A DNA stretch of 64,000 nucleotides from an uncultured virus (IMG/VR IMGVR_UViG_3300025154_000007) (taxonomy: Duplodnaviria; Heunggongvirae; Uroviricota; Caudoviricetes). The DNA is taken from IMG/VR virus record IMGVR_UViG_3300025154_000007, one strand, 5' to 3'. This document shows, piece by piece, positions 38,267 through 48,647 of this stretch. Both the position numbers and the translations under genes were made by a program. How positions within the stretch are numbered: position 1 is the stretch's first letter; each line of letters opens with the position of its first letter. Below the pieces are notes generated by a model that saw nothing but the letters and a program-made list of their open reading frames with translations, searched no databases and was not told the origin of the DNA.

Positions 38267-39769
38267 TTATAACTCATCCGCTTGACTATTGATTTCATCG
38301 TCTATCGGAGCTTCCACGTCAAACCGCATAAGCTCTTCCTGTTCTTTTTTCTGCCTCCTTAATTCAACTTGGACATTCGGGATAATATCATCCGGCATTA
38401 TATCCGCAATTAAATAAGAACTAAATCCCGCCGCTTTCATTTGGGTAGCTGTTTGCGCAAGTTCCAAAAGATTCTGAGGAATATTCCGCTTATGACTTAT
38501 AGTTATCATGTCATTTGTCCCAATCGGCCTGCCTTGTTTCGCATAAATAATGGTTATCAGTTTTATCCTTTCAAGCAATCCGACATCGAAATCCGCCTCG
38601 GTCGAGCTTACAAGATTCTCAAAGTCAAACATTAACCGCTGAATCGCCGCGCCGGAAAGATTGCCCGTTGCCATATAATTAAAATCAGGCACATGACTCT
38701 GGATATGTATTTGTTCCCTTAAACTTTTTGCCATAAACTCAAGGAACGCGGTCGGTATATCTTTAGTCAGGAATTTTATTTCACCGTCACTGGGGACATT
38801 CTCAAATATCCGTTTATTTTTCAGCTTCTTCAATACCTCAGAAGCCGCATTCGGACTCTTTACGTCAATCGCGTTTGTTATCGCATACCGTTTCATTATC
38901 AAATAGGCGAATGCAAACTTGTCAAACTCATTCTTTGAATCGGAATATAGCGCATCATGGGCATCGATCAAATCCAGCACCGATTTAATTATACCGAGCA
39001 TATCATCACCTGCATAATAAGCAACTACAGGAATCTCATTGAAAAAATTAGGGTATTCAGGGTTTGTTTTATCCGGTGTAAGTTCCCACTTATTGTTTAC
39101 ATCATTCCGTTTCCTGTCGAACAATTCCACTTTATCTTTATAATACATTTCAACCTTGAACCAATTCTTGTCTATTTCGTAGAACCTTATCGCCATTTTC
39201 TTTTTGGGCTCTGAATCATAATCGTACAAAAGAATCATTTCACGCGGATCAACGGTAAAAAACTTTGGTTCCGCTTTTACATTGAATGTTTTTTGATCTA
39301 TTGTTTTATCTATATAAACTATTTCATAAGACAATCCGAATATGCCGATATTCCTTCCCGCGCGGGATGTCTTTATATGCTCATTATTCAGATTGAAAGT
39401 GGTTTGCAATTCCCGGACATATTTTTCATCCTCGGTCAATTCTTTTTCTTTCAATTCCCCGTCTTCGATATCTATTTCTTCCTCATCGATTGATTGATCG
39501 GTTTCCTTCGTCGCTTTGTAAGTTATATATCTAGGACGCCAACCGTATCCGGTCCAAGTAGTCACAAGTTTTCTTCCATAGCCAATAACAATTCTATTAT
39601 CGGAGCTATTCGCATCGGGCTTGGATCGAGTAAGTATTTTGGTATTTTCCGCAAGATAATAGGACCATAATTTATTCAGCAACGGCAGGCGCTGGGATTC
39701 ATAATCAGCGATATATTTCAATATATCATCATTGGACAATGTTTCTTTTTCAGTTTTCAATATATTCAT
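38267..39769 (-). CDS. portal protein, SPP1 gp6-like
   Basis: L..YY, DNRI...Y...LV....GY, G.SYE..Y, IPVV.Y, V..LIDA.D...S...N, FLTK, S.VPD, GNLSG.A. Confidence 0.93.
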   Translation of the reverse strand: MNILKTEKETLSNDDILKYIADYESQRLPLLNKLWSYYLAENTKILTRSKPDANSSDNRIVIGYGRKLVTTWTGYGWRPRYITYKATKETDQSIDEEEIDIEDGELKEKELTEDEKYVRELQTTFNLNNEHIKTSRAGRNIGIFGLSYEIVYIDKTIDQKTFNVKAEPKFFTVDPREMILLYDYDSEPKKKMAIRFYEIDKNWFKVEMYYKDKVELFDRKRNDVNNKWELTPDKTNPEYPNFFNEIPVVAYYAGDDMLGIIKSVLDLIDAHDALYSDSKNEFDKFAFAYLIMKRYAITNAIDVKSPNAASEVLKKLKNKRIFENVPSDGEIKFLTKDIPTAFLEFMAKSLREQIHIQSHVPDFNYMATGNLSGAAIQRLMFDFENLVSSTEADFDVGLLERIKLITIIYAKQGRPIGTNDMITISHKRNIPQNLLELAQTATQMKAAGFSSYLIADIMPDDIIPNVQVELRRQKKEQEELMRFDVEAPIDDEINSQADEL

Positions 39770-40288
39770 TTTGTATTTCCTTTAAAGCTTTGATCATTTT
39801 ATTCATTAAAACAGCATTATTCCATAATTTAGGTGCAAATAGTATATTTGGTTTATTTGGTTTCTTAATGAATAAACACCTGAACCAGTTTATCAATCTC
39901 ATTTTATATTTCCTTTACGACACAATATATTCATTTTTTACCTCTTAAATTATACTTACATGAATAGAAGTTAATTTGCCAAAATCCCAAATAATAAAAC
40001 AGTCGGTATCTGCTATATAAAATAAATCACAACTATTTACGGCTGTATAATTAATAAAACACAGTTCTTTTTGTAATAGTGCCATTTTATTTGTGATCAT
40101 TTTACCTTTTCTTTTACAACAGGTTCAATTGACTTTTCAATAACCACCGGAATAATCAAACTTTCTTTTTTTATAAATCCTTTGCAATCATCGGGGCATA
40201 ACCGGCCTTCACAGTAAAACTCGCAATTGGGCTTAGGTATGTTAATGCAATCTATTCTACTTTCCATGGTATTTCTCCTTTCCTTCTA

Positions 40289-40513
40289 TTATAGCTTATT
40301 CGCCCGCTCTTTTCTACGTTCTTTTTTATTGAGATGAATCCTTGGTTTATTCGGCGGATCGATCCTTTTCAACAGCACCATTCTATTACCGCATTTCGGG
40401 CATCTAATTATCATACCGTATTTACCCACTGCCTGTTCTACATTATTCATATTAAATTCAAACTTGCATTTTATACATTTAGTCAAACCATCAATACGGA
40501 TCGCATTTTCCAT
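40289..40513 (-). CDS. Zn-ribbon protein
   Basis: CIKC...CPKCG. Confidence 0.6.
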   Translation of the reverse strand: MENAIRIDGLTKCIKCKFEFNMNNVEQAVGKYGMIIRCPKCGNRMVLLKRIDPPNKPRIHLNKKERRKERANKL

Positions 40514-40614
40514 TATTTAAATCCGCATCTTTTACAAACCAACCAAATAATTATAAAACATATAAAAATATATTGTATAATTTCCATATTGCTTTCCTTT
40601 TAATTCAAATCAAT

Positions 40615-40644
40615 TTTGGGATAATAAATATTTATTATCCCAAA
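40615..40644. repeat. perfect 30-bp palindrome
   Basis: TTTGGGATAATAAAT|ATTTATTATCCCAAA. Confidence 0.9.
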
Positions 40645-40704
40645 CCAAATATAACGTAACAATATGCCCGATCTTTATCAGATTATAATTCATTTTACCT
40701 TCCT

Positions 40705-42072
40705 TTATAGGCCTAAATCACCAAGACTATATCCGGGATCATACCAGACACTTCCCAAATTGGACCAGATATATTCACTCCCATATCTCAATGCCGCAAT
40801 ACAGTCATCATTTACTTCTACAAATGCGTCCATGGCATCCCCGTTTTTGTCTTCCCTTCTTTTGAAGCCCTGAATCTCCCTCGCAAGATTAGGGCAATTA
40901 CTTCTATGTATATGTATTTTTTTAGAGCACAAATAGTCAATCCCGTATTTCAATGAGGCCGGGCCTTTCTTTGCTTTTTCTATCCGCCTAAAACCACTTC
41001 TTTCAAACTCTAATCTACGATCTTCCTCGGCACTATCGCAGGTGATAATCCATTCATGCGCCTGCTGGTTAGGCCATTTATCTTCCACCGACTGGATAAA
41101 ATCTGAAGTAGTCCAGCCCTTTCCGTATAGTTCATCAAAACAATATAATTCATCGTCCTTATATCCAGCACGGATCAAAGTGGAAGCATGAATAGTCCCA
41201 AAGTCCATCCCTTGAAATACCTCTTCCAAATCATTTTCTGTATAATCGAAATCTTCTATTATATAATTGCTGAATACGATATTTCCCAAAACACCCCAAT
41301 TACCCAACACATAAACATCATAATAATATTTATCTATTGTTTTGAACTTCAATAATTCTTTTCGTTCTTCCTCACCGTAAAATTTATTGTCTTCGTGCGT
41401 AGTTTTCAATATAACGACATTCGGATTATTTATTATTGCTTGTTGATCAGTATTATCATGCTCATAAAATAAAGTCCCTTCTTGCGGATTATCGATATAA
41501 TCTTTCTTTATAAAGTGTGATATCAAAATTGGATTCATTGATCCAGTAAATCTTTTCCTTGTTTTTGTTTCACCACGCAACCTTACACCATTTAACTGGA
41601 ATATATCTTTTTGGGTAAAGTTGGTCATTTCTTCGCAACGTATATGCGTTATCGGCCCATTCGTCGCGCGGATACCTTTAATCTTTTCAAGTTCGTTATC
41701 ATCTTTGCATCCGCCGAACAATATTTCATTTCCAGTCCTTAAACAAGTTATACGCTCATTACCATTTGAATAATTTACTTTGAATTTATTTGATAATGTA
41801 TGGTTGAAATATTTATTGTCCCATTCGTTCATTACGCTAAGCAAATCCTTGAAAGTAGTATTATGATGACTTGCGGAAACTTTATGCATCACCAACACAT
41901 TGTTTTCTTCTTTTCCAAGAACATCCAATAAATCACGTTGCGCTAAAAAATAACTTTTACCACTTCCGCCGCCACCATAGAATATTTCTGTTCTTGCATT
42001 TGATCTTAAATACGGGAAAAATGCTTCATTGAATGATTCTTTGGGTATCGTATATTTCTTTATTTCGGGCAT
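40705..42072 (-). CDS. terminase large subunit (PBSX/SPP1 type)
   Basis: YGGGGSGKS, EKIKGI, EE, RLRG, NP, TTH.DN.F, Y.LG.WG, GMDFG, DSAE, DD.I.ALRY. Confidence 0.95.
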   Translation of the reverse strand: MPEIKKYTIPKESFNEAFFPYLRSNARTEIFYGGGGSGKSYFLAQRDLLDVLGKEENNVLVMHKVSASHHNTTFKDLLSVMNEWDNKYFNHTLSNKFKVNYSNGNERITCLRTGNEILFGGCKDDNELEKIKGIRATNGPITHIRCEEMTNFTQKDIFQLNGVRLRGETKTRKRFTGSMNPILISHFIKKDYIDNPQEGTLFYEHDNTDQQAIINNPNVVILKTTHEDNKFYGEEERKELLKFKTIDKYYYDVYVLGNWGVLGNIVFSNYIIEDFDYTENDLEEVFQGMDFGTIHASTLIRAGYKDDELYCFDELYGKGWTTSDFIQSVEDKWPNQQAHEWIITCDSAEEDRRLEFERSGFRRIEKAKKGPASLKYGIDYLCSKKIHIHRSNCPNLAREIQGFKRREDKNGDAMDAFVEVNDDCIAALRYGSEYIWSNLGSVWYDPGYSLGDLGL

Positions 42073-42579
42073 CTATTTAATCTCTATTACGAAAGGTTCA
42101 TTATTTGCATTTGACAACTCAATTTCCTGCTTTTCTCCCCAACCATCTGCTGGATAATCCTTCATAGGCTTTCTATTATTCAAAAAGAATTTAATGGCAG
42201 CAACATTAGGCGGATAATATTCTTTTACACGAACTTTTTCAACGTGAGCACCCATATCTTTACCATCAGAAACCGCCAAAGCTTTGGTAGTATAAGCATC
42301 AAATCCCATCGCTGTTTTCAATAATGCTTTCTCTACTAAATTGTTGCGTAATTCCTTTCTTCCTTTCCTTATTGCTTCTTCAAATGATTTATATACCTTT
42401 TTCCATTTGATTCCCGTAACTTCCGTTATTCCCAATATAGAATATATTTCTTTGTTTGATTTACCTTTAACCGCAAGATTATAGGCAATTTTATCCATTC
42501 TTTCATTATGCAATTCCTTCGGGCCGGATTTCTTTCTTATTTTTGATTCTTTGTTTGATTGCTTAGTTTCCGGTTTCAT
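42073..42579 (-). CDS. terminase small subunit
   Basis: N-terminal HTH (LA.KG.SNKEI...LGI...T...W), VE.AL...A.G, YPP.V.A..F.L.NR; adjacent to the large subunit. Confidence 0.85.
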   Translation of the reverse strand: MKPETKQSNKESKIRKKSGPKELHNERMDKIAYNLAVKGKSNKEIYSILGITEVTGIKWKKVYKSFEEAIRKGRKELRNNLVEKALLKTAMGFDAYTTKALAVSDGKDMGAHVEKVRVKEYYPPNVAAIKFFLNNRKPMKDYPADGWGEKQEIELSNANNEPFVIEIK

Positions 42580-42603
42580 GATTTTCTGTGCCTCTTTATA
42601 TCA

Positions 42604-42632
42604 ATTATAACGTATTTTTAATGTTTTGTTAA
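42604..42632 (-). promoter_or_regulatory. sigma70-like promoter upstream of terminase genes
   Basis: Minus strand TTAACA-17 nt-TATAAT. Confidence 0.55.
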
Positions 42633-42640
42633 GTACAATT

Positions 42641-43159
42641 TCAAGCGTCATTCCAGTACATTTTCCTGTATAGAACGCAATTTTCATTATTCATCCTGTT
42701 CAATATTTCTTTCAAAGCCAAATCATTGTATCCATTTTTATGTAATTTATAAGCTCTTTTTATTACATCTATTGAATCTTGCGGACGATTATGTTTTTTG
42801 AATACCATTATTCCGTATTTGGGATTGATTATTTCGATAACTTTTTCAGCTTCTTTCACCAATTCTTCAGGGACACAATAATAAAATTTATTCGGGGTTA
42901 AATCACAATACTGATATTGATAATTATTACCTTTATAAGTTTTCAGTATTTTATGTTTATGCTCCTTTTGTTTTATTTCATTCAATAAATCCTGCTTTGA
43001 TATTTTTACTTCTACCTCAGTAATTTCCTTCGTTTTTTTATTCAACGCCAATACATCAGCGATACCATAATTATATTGAAATTCAGTAACCGAAAAAGAA
43101 GCTCTTCCAAATTTAAAATAACAAAGTAAAGCTGTTTTTATTATTTTGGAATTGATCAT
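42641..43159 (-). CDS. PD-(D/E)XK nuclease, MmcB-like
   Basis: TE......ADV, EVEVKISKQD, N.FYYCVP, YGI. Confidence 0.7.
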   Translation of the reverse strand: MINSKIIKTALLCYFKFGRASFSVTEFQYNYGIADVLALNKKTKEITEVEVKISKQDLLNEIKQKEHKHKILKTYKGNNYQYQYCDLTPNKFYYCVPEELVKEAEKVIEIINPKYGIMVFKKHNRPQDSIDVIKRAYKLHKNGYNDLALKEILNRMNNENCVLYRKMYWNDA

Positions 43160-43160
43160 T

Positions 43161-43526
43161 TTAACCTATTTCAATATAGGAATCCTTTTGGACTTCTATG
43201 ATTTCCAGATTATCGGGAAATATCGGCATTACATTACTCATGATAATACTTTCTTTTTTACCCACGTATAGTTTAGTCGGTTTTATTCTATGACTATTCA
43301 CAAAACATTCTAATTTTTTATTTATTTCATCGATGCATATTTCATAGCATATTTCATAATCAGATTTTTCTTCTTTAGGAATGCTTTCACGCATTATTCT
43401 TATACTTTTACCAATTACAATAATATATTGATCCTTTTCCAAAACTATTTCTTTGCAAAATAGATCCATTTCATTTCTCCTTATATAGTTAATTGCATTT
43501 ATTTTCAAACCATCAAAGTTTTCCAT
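43161..43526 (-). CDS. hypothetical protein
   Basis: ORF; C-terminus (P..LY.G..E...LEIIEV.KDSYI.IG) resembles 43684..44076. Confidence 0.55.
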   Translation of the reverse strand: MENFDGLKINAINYIRRNEMDLFCKEIVLEKDQYIIVIGKSIRIMRESIPKEEKSDYEICYEICIDEINKKLECFVNSHRIKPTKLYVGKKESIIMSNVMPIFPDNLEIIEVQKDSYIEIG

Positions 43527-43683
43527 TTATTTTTAATCCTCTCGATACCAGATAATCAATAAATTCTATATAAAATGTTTCTTTATCAAGATCCACTGTA
43601 TATCTACGATATAATTTATAATTCATATACTCAGTCAAAAATGTATTTATCCTTTCATGCAATTCATTGTCAACTATCATTTC

Positions 43684-44076
43684 TTATTCTCCTATCGCAA
43701 TATAAGAATCCATTTTTACTTCAATAATATTCAACCCCAACAATCTTCCATTATGCGGAATAAAATTTAAGTTACTATGTTTTTCATAATCCACCAATAT
43801 AGAAATTTCATATTGCCCAAAATAAATATAGTTTGGTTTTTTCAAATGAGCTGAACTATAATCACGTATTTTTTCCATACAAGTAGAAATCAATTTATCA
43901 TAAGCAGATTGACCCAATATTTCAAACACATTATCCTTAAAATTTATTATCACTTCAAAATCATCATTGGTATCAAAAATTATACTACCATCCATTAATA
44001 TACTATATCCGTCTTTTTCTTTTTTAAAATCCAACACACTTAATAATTTTTCATAATGGTTAACAATGGTGTTCAT
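43684..44076 (-). CDS. hypothetical protein
   Basis: ORF; C-terminus (P.YIY.G..E...LNIIEVKMDSYIAIG) resembles 43161..43526. Confidence 0.55.
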   Translation of the reverse strand: MNTIVNHYEKLLSVLDFKKEKDGYSILMDGSIIFDTNDDFEVIINFKDNVFEILGQSAYDKLISTCMEKIRDYSSAHLKKPNYIYFGQYEISILVDYEKHSNLNFIPHNGRLLGLNIIEVKMDSYIAIGE

Positions 44077-45147
44077 TTCTTATTCTCCTTATCAATCCTT
44101 TCGGGATTAGCAATTTTTTCTTTCTTGCTTCCTTGATCAAACTTATCACCATATTCATTTCCGTCAAAATCTTGTCTTCCTGCCCGACTATCCATAAAAA
44201 GTATTCCCCGGTTTTATATCGTGCCAAACATATATCCGATCCCATCCCCCATTCGCAAAACTTTATTTTTACATCATAACCGTGAATGATATTGCTTTTT
44301 CTCTGGAAGAATTCCTTGTTCATTTTTTATCTAACGTTTCCACAAATTGACATAGCTGATTATACATTCGTTTACAATATTCCGAATCATCCTGCACGTA
44401 TAAAAAATGACCTAGCAAAGCGCTAAATTCAATTTCATCAAAAGTCAATACAATGTTATATTCTTTCTTTTCCTTTGATTCTATTTTCATACTCAATCCT
44501 TCATCCGCGTATTATCAACATCAAACTTAGGCATGGGCATATTACGCATTTGCTTTTCAAACAATTTATTCAATTTTTCTTTTTCAAGAAAATTATATTT
44601 ATTATATAATATAATATTATCATCTTCAAGTTTTTTTACCCTATCCAATAAATCGCAAATGGCATTGAATTGATGATCGCTATCTTCTTCCAAAATAATT
44701 ATTTGCCTCTTCAATTCTTTCTTTTTCATTTCTGCCCCTTATTCTTTTGGATGTTTCAGCATCTCTATTTCCTCAGCAATATTTTTATCTTCGAAACTAT
44801 TTTCTTTGCAGTATAGATCCACCAATTCAGCCGGAATAGCGGCATTATTACTGGATGACATAATAACCGGTATTTTACGCGAGGTAAGCCAGCCAATAAA
44901 TCCGTAAAGCGCGGCGGCAGGTTTTACCCACAAATATTGTTTATCAAACACAACAACTTCTTCTTTACTCATCTTTACTTGCAATTGCAATTCATTCATA
45001 CGTGATTCAAGTTTATTCAATCTCATTAGTATTTCTTTCTTTTTCATAGATCATCCTCCTTATCATTTCCTGAAACATTTATACATGCCATAACACAAAA
45101 AATAATAAACCCGCCAACAAAAATCCTGCAATGAATCCTACCATGAT

Positions 45148-46680
45148 TTACTCCTTCAAACTTTTCTCCAATTGTTCGCCGATCAAATGTTCCCTGATCG
45201 ATATCGCCTCACCGTTTTTATTTACCGCCAAAGGTTCCTCCACAACCTCATGCGTCATATTATATAGATGGGTAAACTTTTGCATATTGGCTTCTATATC
45301 AATTTTATTCACATAATTTATTATTCCTTCCTTGCAATTAGGGCAGGGTTCCCCAACATGCTCCTTTCCGTCATTTGCGGTTATTTTTATTCCGCATTTA
45401 GGACAGGAATAATTTTTTTTGAAATTGGCCATAAATAACGGCAATTCCCTTTTATAATCCAATGTTTCCACAAACGCTATTCCCAATTCCGTTTCAACCA
45501 CAAAAGCATTTACCGAAGCCAAATATAATTCAACGGTTTTCGATATCCATTGTTTTGATTGTTTCGGAAAATCCAACCCCTGTTTCCTTATTACTTTTTT
45601 AATATCCGCATACGGTATTTCCGTTACTGCCCCATGATCCGTGGTATACATTTGTTGCAAGGACAACCGCCACGCCGAAAGGAAATTCTTTTTATAGTAC
45701 AAATGTATTTCTTCCGTGGGCATCCCGTTATTGGATATTTTTTCTGTCGAGCTCCGCGCATAAGGATGTTCATGCTTTTCCCATATAGGCAATTTAGGGC
45801 TTTCTTTATTGAAAGCCGCATTGAATCTATCCCAGAATAATTCATAATTATCGTCAATTAAACATCCGCGTTCTTTTATTTTTTGCGCTTCTATAATTAA
45901 ATTATCATAATTCCATTTATTTAAATTGGCAGTATAATCAGTAAATCTGGCTTTATCCTTGTGATATGCAAAATCGCATCCGGCAAGAAATATATTTCCA
46001 TAGCCCAATTTATCGGCAACGAATAATTGCATAGGCGGCGAACAGGCAAACAACATCATTTCGGTTCTTATATAAAAATGAAAAACCGGCTCGCGCAAAC
46101 TTTCACCTTCCCGATGACTATACATCAATTTCTGGACATTTGCATAAAATGAATCGGCCCTGCCATTATTTTGAAGGTATAGAAGTATTTCATTCGGCCA
46201 GCATTTCAGAATACTCGGGTGGGCTCCGGGATGGGTAATCATTTTCGTTTTTGTCTTGCTCCAGTCAACACCTTCTATTTCCTTGTCAATACAAAACGGA
46301 TCAAGCACCAAAATATGACTAGGTTCTATTCCGTGATACATAAAAGATAACGCATGGGAAGTAGAACAAATTATTCCGCCTTTCCATTCTTTCAGATGCT
46401 CAATCGAATCATCGAGCGAAGGGCCGGAACCGATGACAAAACACGGTATTTTTTCTACCTTCGGCTCATCACTTATATCCCGCGCTCTTCCCGATTTTAT
46501 CGCATCAATAAGCAGTTTCCAATTCTCGCCGCTGTTTACATATTCATGTACCAATTGTTTTTGGGCCGTACCCTGATTATATTCATTGGAATTATGGATG
46601 GTAGATTCTCCCGGTCCGGTTCCTGGCCCATATTGCTTTTCTATTTTTTGCCGGAAATTACCTTCGATTATTTCACTCAT
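45148..46680 (-). CDS. Maf/DUF115 (MptE-like) family protein, putative nonulosonic-acid glycosyltransferase, with C-terminal Zn ribbon
   Basis: CFVIGSGPSLD, GIEP.HI..LDP, LGY.NIFLAGCDFAY; CPKC...CPNC near the C-terminus. Confidence 0.75.
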   Translation of the reverse strand: MSEIIEGNFRQKIEKQYGPGTGPGESTIHNSNEYNQGTAQKQLVHEYVNSGENWKLLIDAIKSGRARDISDEPKVEKIPCFVIGSGPSLDDSIEHLKEWKGGIICSTSHALSFMYHGIEPSHILVLDPFCIDKEIEGVDWSKTKTKMITHPGAHPSILKCWPNEILLYLQNNGRADSFYANVQKLMYSHREGESLREPVFHFYIRTEMMLFACSPPMQLFVADKLGYGNIFLAGCDFAYHKDKARFTDYTANLNKWNYDNLIIEAQKIKERGCLIDDNYELFWDRFNAAFNKESPKLPIWEKHEHPYARSSTEKISNNGMPTEEIHLYYKKNFLSAWRLSLQQMYTTDHGAVTEIPYADIKKVIRKQGLDFPKQSKQWISKTVELYLASVNAFVVETELGIAFVETLDYKRELPLFMANFKKNYSCPKCGIKITANDGKEHVGEPCPNCKEGIINYVNKIDIEANMQKFTHLYNMTHEVVEEPLAVNKNGEAISIREHLIGEQLEKSLKE

Positions 46681-46830
46681 TTATTTTTTCCTTTATTTTA
46701 TTACTATCAACAACAATACTTCTTAAAAAAAGATTTTCTTTCCGCAAACAGTTATTTTCAACTTCTAATTTTATAACTTCAGCTTTAACATCGTGTAAAA
46801 CCGCAACTAATTCAAAAACATCCTTTATAT

Positions 46831-47676
46831 TCATTTATTTATCTCCACAATCTTCCTGAATTCCCTTGCATATCTGGTATATGTTTCCATTCCCTTTCCT
46901 TTCAAAATAAATTCCTCCATCAATACTTCGCAAACCTTGAAATAATGATCATAATCAGTTTCAAAACATTGCCATGGTTCGACCGCATAAGCCAATATCA
47001 ATTTCTTGGGTGGGATCGCGCCTTCAAGATTATTGTCAATTACCGAATCAAACTTCGGTTGCGTTTCCCAGACATTCATTACCCAATCTTTTTTTGCTAT
47101 TCCCCATCCCCCGCACAATTTGGAATATTGCCATAATTTATCCGTTATAACCGGAAGTACATGATACGGTTTTCCGTAGGAACAGGTCATATCATCCATA
47201 TTTTTATAAACAAAGTTTTCCCGATCCGGGCTGTATGTTCCCATTTCATCCGAAGGACAATATTTATTTACCAAATGAAACGCAGAAATCAAATCATCCA
47301 GATCATTCGGCTTTTTAAGCGGCGAAGTGGGAAGCATGGAAATTATTTCATCGGGAAATATACCTTCCTTTCCCAGTTCATGAACCGCGTGGGCAAACGG
47401 TACACCAGCCGTCGTATCGTTGTCCCAAACAGGCCGCCTGACGACTTTTGCTCCGTATTGTAGTCCTATTGCGGCTATCTCCGCGTCATCGGTAGTAAGT
47501 ACTGTCAAATCCACCTGGCGTGCGCAAAGCCCCTGCATTATAGACCATGCAACAAGAGGATGATTGCAAAAACTTTTAATGTTTTTTCTGGGAAGTCGTA
47601 TCGATCCACCTCGCGCCGTAATAAGACATAATACAAATGGTTTTTTTATTTCTGTTTTTTCATTTTCCATATTCAT
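46831..47676 (-). CDS. acylneuraminate/nonulosonate cytidylyltransferase (NeuA/PseF-like)
   Basis: LITARGGSIRLPRKNIK.F...PLVAWSI, V.TTDD.EI, GA.V..RP, LPTSPL, ETD...F. Confidence 0.88.
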   Translation of the reverse strand: MNMENEKTEIKKPFVLCLITARGGSIRLPRKNIKSFCNHPLVAWSIMQGLCARQVDLTVLTTDDAEIAAIGLQYGAKVVRRPVWDNDTTAGVPFAHAVHELGKEGIFPDEIISMLPTSPLKKPNDLDDLISAFHLVNKYCPSDEMGTYSPDRENFVYKNMDDMTCSYGKPYHVLPVITDKLWQYSKLCGGWGIAKKDWVMNVWETQPKFDSVIDNNLEGAIPPKKLILAYAVEPWQCFETDYDHYFKVCEVLMEEFILKGKGMETYTRYAREFRKIVEINK

Positions 47677-47683
47677 TCCTTTT

Positions 47684-48001
47684 TTAATGTTTACTTTTCC
47701 TGTTGACCTTGATTACTTTCCAGCCTTCTTTATATTCATCATTTACAAATACCACCTTGAATCTTTCTTCCGACATATTCCAGCATTCATAATCAAAAAA
47801 TACTTTTCCGTCATCCAATCTGAACCTGCAATGCAATTCCCCGTTTACCGCCAACTTCCTCCCTGTCCGATCAAGTTTTTTATTATATGGTATTTCATAT
47901 CTACCTTCATAAACACCATACCCCATAAAATAACATAAATGCCTTTTAGTATCATTCTTGGAAATAAGCGCGGCCCGGTCATTCGGTTTCAATGGTTCCA
48001 T
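47684..48001 (-). CDS. hypothetical protein
   Basis: AGGAG RBS; GYGVYEG...F.LDDGK.F...ECW. Confidence 0.6.
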   Translation of the reverse strand: MEPLKPNDRAALISKNDTKRHLCYFMGYGVYEGRYEIPYNKKLDRTGRKLAVNGELHCRFRLDDGKVFFDYECWNMSEERFKVVFVNDEYKEGWKVIKVNRKSKH

Positions 48002-48332
48002 TTATTTTCTCCTAAATAACCAGAAAAATCCAAATCGGGAAGTTCCGGCATATCTACGTCCTTTTATACATATAATACGCCCGCCGCCATAAATAAATTG
48101 GCGTATAAATCGTTTTATCATACGCCAAGACCTATAATCAATCTGAATTATCATTTTCTTCCATCCAATTCAATATCACTCAAATCCTTGCATTTTGTCC
48201 CGTCAACAAAAACAATCAATATACGCCCATCATTATCCATTGACGCCTTTGCTATTACTTTCAAATAGCCCCTATGTCGTACTACCCTTCTGACATAATA
48301 TTTTTGTTTAAAATCCTCCGGGGAACGATCAT

Positions 48333-48647
48333 TCATATTATTTTCCTCTTGTCATTTTTCTTCATCATTCTTCTTACTGCCTTGTCTATTTTGGCATATT
48401 TTATTTTCTTATGCCGTTCGATATTATAAAATCTTTCGGTATCTTTATGTATTATTTTATAATAATCAATTGCTATTTCAACATCGGCTATTTCTTTTTC
48501 AATATTATCTAGTTCACCGCCTTTGTTAAGATATTGAAGGATTGCCGCACCCAATTCAGCACATTCCTCAGCAAGTTTGGAATATTGCCAATTCTTCCCG
48601 CTCAATTCAATATTTTTCAAATCATAATCCATTCTAGTCATTTTCAT
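48333..48647 (-). CDS. MazG-like NTP pyrophosphohydrolase
   Basis: KLAEECAEL...IEKEIADV; start set to ATG 48647 overlapping the permease stop. Confidence 0.7.
   Translation of the reverse strand: MKMTRMDYDLKNIELSGKNWQYSKLAEECAELGAAILQYLNKGGELDNIEKEIADVEIAIDYYKIIHKDTERFYNIERHKKIKYAKIDKAVRRMMKKNDKRKII

Noticed and set aside
40615..40644. XerCD dif site
   Set aside because: Arms do not match the XerD consensus (TTATGTTAAAT), and the ATAA/TTAT spacing is not 6 bp.
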